A stretch of 64,000 nucleotides of DNA from Azolla caroliniana (lineage: Eukaryota > Plantae > Polypodiophyta): contig JBHGNT010000020.1 in the NCBI GenBank assembly GCA_043228905.1, positions 5,084,001 to 5,148,000 of the forward strand, in the 5' to 3' direction. Position 1 is the stretch's first letter. Each line of letters opens with the position of its first letter. Below, piece after piece: positions 37,207-49,974 of this stretch. A program made the translations under genes and the position numbers. The notes under the pieces are model-generated. The model made no database searches and was not told where the DNA came from. It was given only the letters and a program-made list of their open reading frames with translations.

Positions 37207-38616
37207 ATGGAGAATCAACAAGAGGCAATGAGCATAACGATGATGATGATGTTCGAGCGGATGCTACAAGAACAACGAGTGATGTCGGAGATCACGGGGG
37301 CAGTAAAGCGGCTCGTACAACGAAACAGACAATTCAACGGAAACGATGTGTCACGCTATCTACATGACTACAAGGCGGAGATGATACGATGTGGGATACC
37401 GGAAGGATTGCAAGTGACATCCTTCAATCGGGTGGCCACGGATGAACTACAAGAGAGAATCCACAAGATACAACAACAAAACTCGACATGGGGGTCATTC
37501 GAAGAAGCTTTACGAGAGGCATATGATTACAAGAGATCGAAGGGAAAAGATCGGCGAGAATTCGACGAATGGGTGGCATCGGAGAAGACCCACCGAAGTG
37601 CAACACAAGCATTCCTAGAGTTCGAGCATCGTTTTGCTCGACTCTCGGAGCGGGAACAACGATTGGTGGGAGAGGATAAAGTCCTAATGTTCGTAAGATC
37701 GATTGATCGGAAAGAAAGGAAGGACATCGGGATTGAACTCGAAGACGATGATGGTGCGAATGGTCTTACTGAGGATTGGGCCAAAGTCGAAAGGGTATGC
37801 CGGAGACATGATGAGAGGAAGATGAGAATCTTGTCAACGACATGGCCGATGAAGGATGGTCGATTGAAGACAAACGATGGAGCCGATATGAAGGCCGAAA
37901 TACAACATGATGGTGCGACGGAAGAGGGTGTAAAACAAGCTACCCTCTTGTCTTGCGAAAGAACAACGACAAAGGATAAGGCCGATAACCCAAGTGTAGA
38001 AGAAGATTTCGGAATACAAGTGTCCGAAACATCGGGTGAAAAAGGGGTAAGCATAATTGATGTTTGCATAATTGATGCAGTGAAAGAGAGCAAGGAGGAC
38101 TTGATTGAGGAGGTCGCCACGAAACATGACATCGAATCGAAGGTGGCTATGGACGAATCAATGGCGGATGGCCATATCGAGACTTCCCCACCACTGATTC
38201 CAGAGACTCCGGCGGTTGCGTTCGAAAGGCAACGTGAGACCGAAGAGACGGAAGGTGGCGGAGAGAAAACAAAGGTCGAAGTCGATGCATACGACGGAGA
38301 GATAGCCGAGAATATGGCTATGGGTGAAACAACGGAGGATGATAATACCGAGGATTCCTACCCACTAATTCTAGAGACTTCGGCGGTTGTGTCCGAGAAC
38401 CAACGTGAGACCGGAGAGATGGGAGGTGGCAGCAAGAAAGGTAAAGTCGGAAGCCGGTTTGGATGGAAGGTGATCCGGACGGGATTCCGATCCGAAAGAA
38501 AGCCGAACCGAAAGGAAGAGAATTCCAAACGAAAGCCGAACCGGGCGAATGAGGATTCGGCCGAAAGACGAAAAGAAAAGAAAAGAAACCGACCCGAAAG
38601 AGCACTGAATCGGTAA
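37207..38616 (+). CDS. Intact 469-aa Gag-like protein with an acidic, partly duplicated C-terminal half
   Basis: Uninterrupted ORF from the first ATG after the PBS; FNGNDVSRYL..TWGSFEEALREAY resembles Gypsy capsid; repeated block ETSPPLIPETPAV..QRET / EDSYPLILETSAV..QRET; no pol motifs. Confidence 0.75.
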   Translation: MENQQEAMSITMMMMFERMLQEQRVMSEITGAVKRLVQRNRQFNGNDVSRYLHDYKAEMIRCGIPEGLQVTSFNRVATDELQERIHKIQQQNSTWGSFEEALREAYDYKRSKGKDRREFDEWVASEKTHRSATQAFLEFEHRFARLSEREQRLVGEDKVLMFVRSIDRKERKDIGIELEDDDGANGLTEDWAKVERVCRRHDERKMRILSTTWPMKDGRLKTNDGADMKAEIQHDGATEEGVKQATLLSCERTTTKDKADNPSVEEDFGIQVSETSGEKGVSIIDVCIIDAVKESKEDLIEEVATKHDIESKVAMDESMADGHIETSPPLIPETPAVAFERQRETEETEGGGEKTKVEVDAYDGEIAENMAMGETTEDDNTEDSYPLILETSAVVSENQRETGEMGGGSKKGKVGSRFGWKVIRTGFRSERKPNRKEENSKRKPNRANEDSAERRKEKKRNRPERALNR

Positions 38617-41236
38617 AAACCGATCAACCGAGTCCGGATCGACCGAATACAAATCGGAAAGGAAGCCGAACTAAACGAAAGACGATCCGACGAGACCGAA
38701 TCGGAAGTAAGCTAATCCGACTAAACCGAAAATCCGAAAAGAAGTCGAGATTGATGAAGAAAAGAAAGAGGGCAAGAAAAGATACTACCGCGGATGACAA
38801 GGACCAAGCGGGCCATGCAAAAAGCGAACATAGAATATGGTGGATCGGATGGCGACAATGGTTCGGGTGGAAAGAATGGGTCTACTCAAAATGGAGAGAC
38901 AAAGTTGACATAGCGGGACAAACAGAGGATGAAGGGGAGACAACGAGCATCGGCAACTTCGGCACATACCGGAGGATGTGCGGGTTCGGAGGGGGCGAGT
39001 GTCGTAGTGTATTTCGTACACTACGTGAAAAAGTAAAAATAATATAAACGATTTAATTACATATAAATAAATAAAATAAGAATATCAAAATATTTATCAC
39101 GTGCATAGGGCAAGATTCGAACCTTGTACCTCCACATAGCCAAACCTCAACTTTACCATTATGCTACCTTATCTTTAGTGTTCTATAAATAGATTTAATA
39201 ACTATAAGTGCTTTATTTGCACCTACCTTTATTAAAAGGTAAATCGTGCATTTTTAGAGTGCGTGAATATTTTATAGAAAAACGCAAGCAACTAAAAAGT
39301 GACTCATGCACATCTAGCGTGCATGAGCACTATATTTAGCAAATAAAAGCAAGGATTAGAAAAGCATCACATGCATATTTAGTGTGCATGAACATATTAG
39401 AAAAAAAAAGCATGTAGCTATGCTTAGTCTCTCCCATCACTACATAAGGATGGGGAGCACAATGTAATAGGTGTGTGAAATATTTGGAAATTGGATATAT
39501 TTCCGAAAACACCAACCGATTAATATAATCGTGGGATTCACGAAAATAATATAATCTATACTTGTGGAATTCACAAGTTTCTTATATCTTTCTTTCAATC
39601 TAAATACATATTCTTATCTAAATATTGATTAATCGAATACAATACACTCGTGGGATTCACGAAATTTCTATCTCTCTTTCTAATAATCTATTCATTACTA
39701 GCCTCATCTCATATTCTTCTTATACTTATACTTGTGGGATTCACAAGTTTCTAATAATCTACTCATAATTATAATAGTCTCAAATTCTTCCTCCTCCTAG
39801 TCCAAAACCCCGGTGGTTCCCACCCGACTCACGCAACGATCCGGAGCCGAAAGGCACGACAGCGTGGAGCAGCAAAAAGCAGCCAACAGTTGCCCTTTTG
39901 AGCACTGAGGCTGAATACCGGGGCGCTACCATTGCCACCTGTGAAGCCATTTGGCTTCGGCGACTGATGCAAGACCTGCGGATCGAGGTGCCGACCCCGA
40001 TCCTGATCTACTGCGACAACATAAGCAGCATGCAGCTCGCCAAGAACCCCGTGTTCCATGCTCGCACAAAGCACATAGACGTGCACTACCACTTCGTGTG
40101 TGAGCATATCCTGAGCGGTGAAGTCGAACTTCGGTATGTTCATACAAATCGGCAAGTTGCCGAAATCTTCACCAAACCGCTCGGGTCGGACAAGTTGCAG
40201 CACTTCACCGAGATGCTTGGTGTTCAGCATCTCGACGTGCCATAGTTGAGGGGGAGAACAAGCAAATACACCGGAACGGGCAAAGGAAGCTGTCGATTGC
40301 GCCGGTGAGGAAAGAACCGACAAAGGGAGAGACAAGAAGAAGGAAGGAGCCGAGTCGACAAAGGAAGTTGACACATCCAAACAAGTCAAAACAAGCGGCA
40401 ACAGTGGCAGAGTCAAGAAGGACAGAGCCGACCGGAAGAAGAAGGCCAAGACCCGGACATGGTCCGATGTGGTGAAGGGCCTAGAATCGGAAGACGAATC
40501 GGGAGCGACCGATTCAGAAATGAGCTGGAACAAATTGGAGACAACTGATTCGGTTCAACAGACGGATTCGGAAGAATCAGATCAATTCAAGGCCAAAAGG
40601 ACGAGAAGGCAGCGAAAGTCGATGCCGACACGAAGAAATTGGCAAATTGGCAAGCGCCGAAGTCATAGCATTGAGGGAGCTGAATTGGGCATGTTGAGTA
40701 GACAAGCCAACCGAGGAGGTCGAGGTGCGTAAAATCATAAAGGTCGCGGCAAACAGGACCGAACCGGACCGGACGAGGAGTGCAAGCAAGGCGGAGTGAC
40801 GCTAGAAGGAGCCGGGTGGAAGGACCGGCTGCCATGGAGACTGACACTACGATCCGACCTCAAGTTGAGCTTGAGGGGGAGTGTTGAGCGGCAAGCTCAA
40901 CCGGATCCGGATCGGCTGAATAAGCCTGAGCCGGATCGACATCTAGAAGGATGAGCCGAATCGGTGAGCTAGTGAGCTGGGGAGCCGGTTAGCCGGATCC
41001 AGCAATAACCATATGCCTAGTAGCAGCCTAGACTACTAGGTGGTTAATGTCTCATAGTTAGTGTCAAAAGCTCGTGTGAGCATTGAAGTACACCGTACTT
41101 CTGTTAGTTCTCTTAGGACTTGTATAAATAGCGTTGTTGAGCACGTTGTATGTATTGAGAATTTTACGAGAGTTGTTGATAATAGATTTAAGTTGTTCTC
41201 CTCTTTCTCTGTCTCTCCTGCATACCTTCTGTGTGT

Positions 41237-41271
<35 letters not shown>

Positions 41272-41321
41272 GCTATCCGGCTAAGCTAGTTGTCTAAGGC
41301 TTCCGCACCTTCGTTTTTACA

Positions 41322-42250
41322 CATTCAAAATGTCCATACCTGGTTCGAAATGTCGTTTCCCACTCATCTCCAGGCTTGATACGCACCAAGTTGTAGGCGC
41401 CTCTGAGATCGATTTTGGAGAATATACACCCAGCCCAAAGTCGGTCGAGGAGTTCGGGGATTAGAGGTAGTCGATAGCAGTTTCGAACCGTGACTCGATT
41501 GAGCTCACGATAGTCGATACATAGGCGCAACGTTCCATCTTTCTTTTTGACAAATAGAATAGGAGATCCAACTGGAGATTTTGAGTGGCGAATGAATCCC
41601 TTTGTGAGATTCTCTTCAATGTATATTTTGAGGGTCTTGAGTTCAGGTTCAGATAACCCATAGATAAGGCCAAATGGAGGACAAACACCATCTTTTAAGT
41701 CAATTGGACAATCGTATGGGCGATGTTCAGGTAGGCGATCAACATTTTTCTTTTCAAATACATCAGAGAAGTTATTGTATTTTGATGGAAAAGAGCTAAT
41801 ACATAGGGTAGTATATGGAGCTAATACATAGAAATGGATGCAATCAGCATTGTATCGCTTACTTGAGCAAGAGTTGGAATTGTTTCTGAGGCCAACACGG
41901 GACTAACTATCGATGTTGTTTTTATTGGAGCAACCACTGACATGGTTCTCACTGAAGAGGAAATGGGAGCGACCAATAACCTGGTCCTCACCGGAGCAGA
42001 AATGGGAGTTGCCCCTGAAGCATGGGTGGGAGCGACCGTTGACGCGGTCCTCACTGGAGCAGAAATTGGAATCGGTGCAACCATTGATGTGGTTCTCACT
42101 GGAGCAGAAACGGGAGTTGTCCCCGAAACATGAGTGGGAGCAATCGTTGAGACGGTCCTCACCGGAGTAGGCGTCCAAACAAATGGCGGAGCATTGGCTC
42201 GAAGAAGGGTGGACGTAATACCTTGTGAGTGAAAATTCGAGGTGAAATTA
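41322..42250 (-). mobile_element. Chromovirus-type RT N-terminal fragment with a minisatellite-expanded linker
   Basis: [32 protein letters not shown]; degenerate repeats at ~41925-42170 encode (S)APVRT units. Confidence 0.85.
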
Positions 42251-42259
42251 TGTTGTCTC

Positions 42260-43566
42260 CTACAACCACATTAGATTTAGTTCTTTGCAGCTTATATGGG
42301 TGCAAATGAATCATTACTCAATGCAATAGCCACAGATATTGCCATCGATAAATTTGCAAAAGAAATTAAGGATAATCGAATCAACAAATCAACCATAAAG
42401 GAGGTACGGAATAGTCAAGAACAATTTATGTTTCGAGATGGTTTTCTTTTTCGGAACAACTTAATGTATGTCCCAGACGGTCATTGTCGTATCCATATCA
42501 TGAAGGAATGGCATGATGATGCCCTAGCTAGACATTTTGGTGTTGCAAAAACTTTGGAGTTAATCTCTAGAAGTTATTGGTGGCCACAACCTTGGAAACT
42601 TGTTAAACAATTTGTGAAAACATGTGATACATGTGCCCGCGCCAAACCAATACATCATCGTCCCTACGGTCTACTTCAACCTTTGCCAATTCCAAGTAGG
42701 CCATGGGCCTCCATCTCGACGGACTTTATCACAAACCTTCCCGATATTGAGGGATTCAATTCAGTATTAGTGGTGGTGGATAGATTCACAAAGATGGCAC
42801 ATTTTATTCCATGTTCTAAAGCAATTTCAGGGATGGAAACAACATATCTATTGTTAACAAATATTGTGGGCCTTCATGGTTTACCAGATGACATTATCTT
42901 TGATCGTGGTCCCCAATTTATGTCTCATTTCTGGAAGCGCCTCTTCCAGACTCTTGGAACTTCCACAAAATTTTTGACAGCCTTCCATCCTGACACAAAC
43001 GGCCAAACAGAACGAGTAAATCAGATCCTAGAGCAATATCTCCGATGTATGATAAGTTATCAACAAGATGATTGGATCAAATTTCTTCCAATGGTTGAGT
43101 TCGCCTACAACAATACTCTCTACACATCAACTAGTGTAACACCCTTCTTCGCAAATTATGAATTCCACCCATGCTTTAGTATAGCTATCCCTATTAGTTC
43201 TATGAAATCATCTGCTGAAGAACGAGCTTGTTTGAAGAAAGAAGTGCATCATAACCTATCCCTAGAACTCTCAATTGCTCAAGAACGACACAAAGAGAAG
43301 GCTGATCAACATCGACGGGTTGTGCCTAATTTTAAAGTCGGTGACATGGTATGGCTATTACGTCGGCATATTCCGACAACTCGCCCATGCAACAAACTTG
43401 ATTACAAAAAGCTGGGGGCATTCCGCATCATTGATAAAGTCAACATTGTGGATTTCCGTCTTGCTCTTCTATCACACTACCGAATTCACAATGTCTTCCA
43501 TGCATCACTTCTTGAGCTCTATCATCCATCCTCAATTCCAGGAAGAAGCATCGAGCCACCTCCCCT
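42260..43566 (+). mobile_element. Chromovirus-type integrase fragment, truncated before the chromodomain
   Basis: ORF 42296-: HDDALARHFG..CDTC, PWASISTDFIT, DRGPQF, HPDTNGQTER, IHNVFHASLL. Confidence 0.88.
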
Positions 43567-43812
43567 TGTATGTAAGACTTGGCATGCAAGAATTAGTATG
43601 CTTGATATTATAGTATGTAAGACTTGGCATGAGCATGCTTATCATGCATCACTACATCAAGGAGATCAACATCAAGGAGATCTCCCTTGTTAACATCAAG
43701 GAGATCAACATTAGTCATGGAATAGATATTGCTACTCATTGTCATCAACTTCTCAATCTCCCTATCTCATCAACGTCCCCATATCTTTACCGCCAATTGT
43801 TCATCCATGACA
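43567..43812. repeat. LTR-like remnant with short internal repeats
   Basis: TG..CA ends; TATGTAAGACTTGGCATG x2 and CATCAAGGAGATC x3; lies between unrelated Gypsy and Copia pieces. Confidence 0.35.
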
Positions 43813-46800
43813 AAAGCAAGACTTGTGGCAAAGGGATATACCCAGATGCATGGTATTGATTATGATGAAACATTTGCACCAGTTGCAAAGATGGCAACGT
43901 TGAGAACACTACTTGTTGTGAGTGCAGCCAAAAGATGGGTTCTGCACCATATGGATGTAAAAAATGCCTTTTTACATGGTAACTTGGAAGAAGAAGTGTA
44001 CATGTGTCAACCACTAGGTTTTCAAGATAAGAAGCATCCAGAATATGTATGTAGGTTGAAAAAGGCTCTCTATGTCAGGAGCAGTACTAAGACAAAGAAG
44101 TATTGTCAGGAATAGTACTAAGATAGAGAAGGAATTCATACTAAAAGATGAGGATTAGTACTAAGGGAGCGTGTAGAACACTTGAGAGAATGAGGATAAC
44201 AAAAGATATATATTATGTTAATGGAATATACAATAGTAGCTAGGAGGCTTAAGACTGGCGTTGAACCGATGTGGTTCGAAATAATGCCTTGTACCTCCTT
44301 TTATAGTGTTCTCAGGAGTACTCCTGAAGTTTCTAGAATGTTCCAGGGAAATCTAGAATATACATCAATTTTCTATAGTAAAACTAAAATGAAAAATGAA
44401 TATCCTTCGTATTACAATACATAGCCTTATGGTAAGAGCCTGACCCATGTAACATAAGGTCATGGGTTCGAGTTTTGCCATATCATGACACTATCCCCAC
44501 TTTAAAACGACGAGTGTCACGAGTCATTTTGGATTGAGTACCCGGTTTGTCTGGATATTGACGATGGAAGTCTTCAGGAAGAGCACGAGCATTGGTCACA
44601 TTCTCTATCGGTTCCCAAGTACGCTCGCTGGGACTATATCCTAGCCAATCGACTAAATAGTAGAGCTTGTTGCGAACAATCTTGGAATCGAGGATGGCGG
44701 AAACCTTGTACTCAGGTTCATCTTCAAGTTCGATCGGGGGTGGAGGTGGTTTATTACGACCTGGGATGGTGCTGTCCTGATAGGGTTCTAGGAGAGAACT
44801 ATGGAACACCGGATGTATCCGTAGCTGCGGAAGTAGATCGAGATGAAACACGACATCATTAATCTTTCTGATAATACGGAAAGGACCTAATCGCTGATAA
44901 TCCAACTTCTTTCATGGGCGTGTAGTCTTGATGTGTCGTCGTAGTAGCCACACCCGATCTCCAATGTCAAAATTGGATGGAAGCCGATGACGATCCGCGT
45001 AAACCTTGTGTGTTTGTTAAGCTTGCTATAGATGAGTAGATAAATCTGCTTGTATCTTAGGTAGCCGCTCCAAACGATCCTCTGCACAAGGATTTGTAGG
45101 TAACTCTGGGGTTTCAAATACACACCACCGGGGGTGACAGCCTGTCCGTGTAAGCATAAAATGGTGTCACCTTTGTTAATGATTGGATAGAGTTATTATA
45201 CGCAAATTGTGCGAAGTGGAGAATATCCGCCCAATCATCTTGATGATAGCTTAAAAAGCACCGAAGATACTGCTCCAACGTTTGATTTGTTTGTTATGCT
45301 TGGCTGTCTGTTTGTGGGTGGTAGTAGGAGGAGAGGTTACAAGTGATCTTAAGCATTTTAAAGAGGTGCTTCCAGAACTTCGAGACGAACTGGGGTCCAC
45401 GGTCGCTGATGATACAATCGGGAAGGCCATGATGCTGACATACTTCACACATGACAATTTTGGCGGTTTCTTCACTGGAGATTTACTTAGTACATGGCAG
45501 GAAATGGGTCATCTTCGTATATCGATCTACTACTATTAAGATCGCATATGGGGCCACCAGAATGATTGTTGTACTAAATCTAGTGTTTTAATACTACCAA
45601 AATGCCCAGTTGTATATGTGTCATAACAGTTTTGGACTACTTGAAGGCAACAAGTACCATTAGGAACATACAAGAGTTTCTTAAAGAATAGTAATCCATC
45701 ATGACATTCGAATTGGCGATAGTCCGTACGTGGTTGTTGCGATTGTGAACAAGATGCTTGAGAGGGATAAATTTGTGCTAGAATGGCTTGAGCGAAAGCA
45801 TCTGTCTTCAAGTCCTCACGTATGGTATCGATAACGTGGGAATCCAAGGGCATACCGAAGACCTGCGTTGCTTGCAGTCGTGCCGGTCCCAGGATTACAT
45901 GCTTTTGGTTATCGAAAACCGGTTCGCCAGGACGTGGTGCTAGATACAAGCACCATAATAATGCATCTGCCTTCTCTTGTTGCTTCCCGGGATGATATGT
46001 AATTTTGAAGTCAAAACGAGTGAGGAATTGGGCCCACCTAGCTTGACATCAATTTAACACACGAGCATTCTGAAAGTAGGCAAGGTTTTTGTGATCACAG
46101 AATACGGTGACTTGATGAGAAGACCCTCTAGAAAATGCCTCCATTGCGTAAAAGAGTCCACTATTGCTAATAGCTCCTTATCATGAATTTCATAGTTGAT
46201 TTCCGCAACGTCAAATTTGCGTGAATAGAAAGCCACAGGATGTAGCTTTTCATCATCGCCTTGTTGAGACAGAATCCTGGGGGCTCCACTATATATAAAG
46301 AGGTTATATCATGTGCGTTCACAACATCTTTTATAAACCCCTTATACATATGTTTTTTGCTATTTTAGATACCCTTCTATAAAAATTTGGCTAATAAAAA
46401 TACCCCTTAGTGTCAATATATACTTTTAAAACAACTCATTTTAAATGCCCTTACATAGAAAACACATGTATGTTTTATACATGTGTGTATATATAAACAT
46501 ATTGTGTAGTATTGCATGTGCTCATATGTATGTATTGTATTACATGTATGTATTATATTGTATTCCATGTTTATTTACTTATGTATTATATTGTATGTGT
46601 TGTATATCTTAGATGTATGGCATGTGTGTATGTATCTATGTGTTATGCATATGCAACCTCTAAAGTTAATGGATGTCATTTTTTCCTACTCTGACTTATC
46701 CCATTATGGGTAGGGAATTATGCTTTTAGAATTGCGTCTTGACATTGCCTAACGATTTATTGTATAATACAAGTGCTTTAAAGATAATTAAATCAAGATA

Positions 46801-49489
46801 GATAATGCAAAAACCTAAAGTATATAATTGACAATAGATTTCCTCATACTTAGTATATACTCATGGTGAACCTCCTCTTAAACTTATTGCAAGGTATGAT
46901 TAATTGTCTCTTTTGACAACCTTTCAATTACATGCTTACCAACATGATGAAGGGAAAATAGGTGCTATAAAGTTTTCATCTATCCTTGCAGCAATATAGG
47001 ATTGATATTTCAAAATGTGTTCTACATCTTCTGACATTGGATGAACCCAATTGTGGTACCAAAACAAAGTTAATGTGAAGACTCTGAGGACTCTGAGCAA
47101 TATGTGGAACATAATCTTCTTTGTGGCAAAGTCAATTTTAGATCTTCTGATCTATTTGATGAGCCCAATGGTTGATTCCAACAATAACTCATCTAAAGAG
47201 TCTAAGAATTTTGAACATGTGGAAAAAACTTTTTCACACATTTGTTTTGGAGACATTTTGCTTCCATGCTTGAAGCTGCTCACTCATTGTTGATGATGTC
47301 ATCTGTACTTTCTCTAGTAGTAATATGTGAACTTTAGGATTGTAACATTCCTTTTGTATATCATTGTTCATAATCAAACGAATAAAACATTTGGACAAAA
47401 TCAACCATCCCTTTTTTCTTTTAAAAAATACCTGCCAAAAAATCAGACTCTTCTTTGCTTAAAAATGGCAACTTGTAAGGGCACATCAAGTCATTAGGCT
47501 TCACATCTGAGTGTCTCCACAATCACTTATGTATGGTTCGATCTGGCATCTCAAACCTTAGTATCGATGCCACTACTTTTCTGGTTTTGGGCATCGATAC
47601 ATTCAGTTTTCCAAGATCCATTGATGGAGGACTGCAAGATAGAAGATTGGAGTTATCCATGTTATTGTATACATAAACTTGTGAAATTTTAAATATGCAA
47701 AAAAATTCTTACTAAAGCAATTAAAATAGCCTAACAATACTTGTTATAAATGCCAATGTGGTTTGATGGAGTATGACAAATGCCATGTTTTGCATGTCTA
47801 ATGGGATCGCTCTTGTGAACAAAGATTTTGTGCTTAGGATTGGAGACATATCCGCACTTTGGAAACCCATCTATAAAATCAATAAGGGGAACCTTTGTCA
47901 ACAACAGAATGATTCCTTTATGATTACAACCTTATCATTAAAGTGAAAGATAATTATGTTTACAAACTGAAATTCAAACCTAGGCATCATTTCACATCCA
48001 TATTATCCAACAAAGAAAAGAGTTTCAGACTAAGAACGATGGAGAATTCCAGAAAATCGAGCCAGTTAACTTCAGATGCAAATTTCGTACAAAAAATTGT
48101 TTTACCATCTTTCTTTGCTATACAACTTCCTCTAGCTCTTGAAAGTATGTTGTAGATAACTCCTCAACTTGATATCATTAAGAACAAATGCATACTTACA
48201 ATTCCATCCATTGATTTATTCAAGTTAATATTCCAATAAAATGTTATTTTGTTGTTGAAAACTCATCCAAATTAGATCTTGAGTGTAGGAATTATTACTA
48301 GTCTTTTCATGGCTGTGGATTTCATGTTAGTGACTACTTCAATTTCAGCCTCCTTCCATCAGGAGACTCCCCTCGAGGAAGCACTTGTTTTCTTGTTGAA
48401 CATGCCCTCTTCCTTGAAAAAAGAGATTATCATTACAAATGCTTTCTTTGTTTGTAGCTATAACAATGGAATTCTAGTTGTTAGCATACATCATCTTTGC
48501 ATTTTTTTAATTGAAGGAAAATGATTTCACTACGTTAATTATTTCAAAAATCAAGGGAATTGTACAAGAAGAATGTGAGTTGTGTGGTTATATAGCAAAC
48601 ATAGATTAACATGGAAAAAAAACATGAGGGAATGTTGCAAATGCATGTGTGCATGGATTCATACTTGCATACAAACACATACACACATACGAACATGGTT
48701 AAAAACTTGGCCATACCAGATCCCTCCTTTGTCCTCGGACTCCAATTGTGCCTCTTTCTCCATAATGGGAGAGAGAACCCTAAAAATGGTTCGACAAAAA
48801 CCCTAGAATGCACCTCTCTCTCTCTCTCTCTCTAATACAAATGATGTTAAACATAACTAGAGATTAATGGGTCCACCTTGATCTGGTCAATTATTATCAC
48901 ATCATTGTATGGTATTGACGTACTAAGTTCTAATCTAAAAATATCATATAGTAACATGTCTTTCAATATTAAGTTTACACAATGTCCATCAATCTCAAAA
49001 ACCATATAGATCATTGAACATACATCATGTTGAAAAAATTTCTCAACCTTGAGATAAACACTTCTTTCAAAAAGCAATAGTGAATATTTTGTAATTAGAG
49101 TAACATTAAGTAGCATTTAGAACTTATTGGACATCCATTAAGATTCAACATTAAGTCAACGTTCACTACATTACCTTTGTTGATAATCTCTGCTATGCGA
49201 CATTCCAAAGAAGCTAAGCAATGTCAGAGTCATCAAAATCATTGTCGACAGAGTCGAGAGTCAGGGATGGAGTCAGAGAAGAAGTTGGTGGTGTCGTCAT
49301 TGTCGAGGTCGAGCTCCCTAGTCGTAGTAGATGTCTAGCAAAGTACCATTAAACTTTCACATACAATCTTTCTATCTTCTTCAAAACCACTCAACTACAA
49401 AAATCTTTTAACAATAATATTCCCTTAATGTCCATTACATTTACTTTTATTTGACTTGGACAGGTACCATCTCTCTAACCATCTTCCAG

Positions 49490-49860
49490 TTAGTCTTTTA
49501 AGTCATACTTCCTCTTGGGGAAATATGTTTCCTTCTTCTTTTGCTTCTCAGTCTTCATGCTTCCTGATGCTTGGTTAGTCGCCTTCGAATGGCCCTTGCC
49601 TTCTTGCAACGCAAGTCCAGAGGCCGCAACTTAGACTTCTTGTAGGCCGCTCTAAGAGCAGCTTTTTGGTTCTGAGAGAGAACTGTCAATACCTGAGCTA
49701 TAGAGAGCCTAAAAACCTTAATTTTTGACAGCTTGTTTGGAGCACCACCAGTGACTTTAGCCACTCTGAGAAGAGCTAACTCAGCCTTTAGTTCTTTCAA
49801 CTGGTTCTAAAGCTCAGGCTTGCTGTTAGATCGCAACTCATGAACCTTGATCTTAACCAT
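49490..49860 (-). pseudogene. RPL35: Processed pseudogene of 60S ribosomal protein L35 (uL29)
   Basis: [64 protein letters not shown]; stop at codon 18, frameshifts near the end, no introns; 5'-UTR-like leader 49861-49915. Confidence 0.93.
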
Positions 49861-49974
49861 GGCTGCTGCGAAGCAGAGATGTGTGTCTTCTTCTTCCTCT
49901 TCGCAAGAGAGACATTGTGACTCTCTCTCTCTCTCTCTCCCGCCTTTCTTCCTTCCCCCACTTTTTGCCAAAAC

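Larger units (their letters stand above)
36307..39861 (+). mobile_element. Young non-autonomous gag-only LTR retrotransposon (TR-GAG-like)
   Basis: 862-bp LTRs 36307-37168 and 39000-39861 with no differences seen by eye; TGTCGT..ACGACA termini; 4-bp TSD GCGT (removal restores host GSAAIAWSSKKQ); PBS 37173-37190; PPT GGAGGGGGCGAG. Confidence 0.95.
33445..41321 (+). mobile_element. 5'-truncated Ty1/Copia (INT, RT, RNase H, 3' region, 3' LTR) with two nested insertions
   Basis: INT CEACQLGKQH..LIHSDVWGP; [12 protein letters not shown] and LLYVDDL; RNase H STEAEY..KHIDVHYHF; PPT TTGAGGGGGAG 40871-40881; LTR 40882-41321. Confidence 0.92.

Noticed and set aside
37527-38132. 201-aa minus-strand ORF (similarly 39829-40533)
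   Set aside because: Antisense shadows of plus-strand retroelement frames.
49555-49800. Functional RPL35 gene
   Set aside because: Premature TAG at codon 18, frameshifted C-terminus and no introns.
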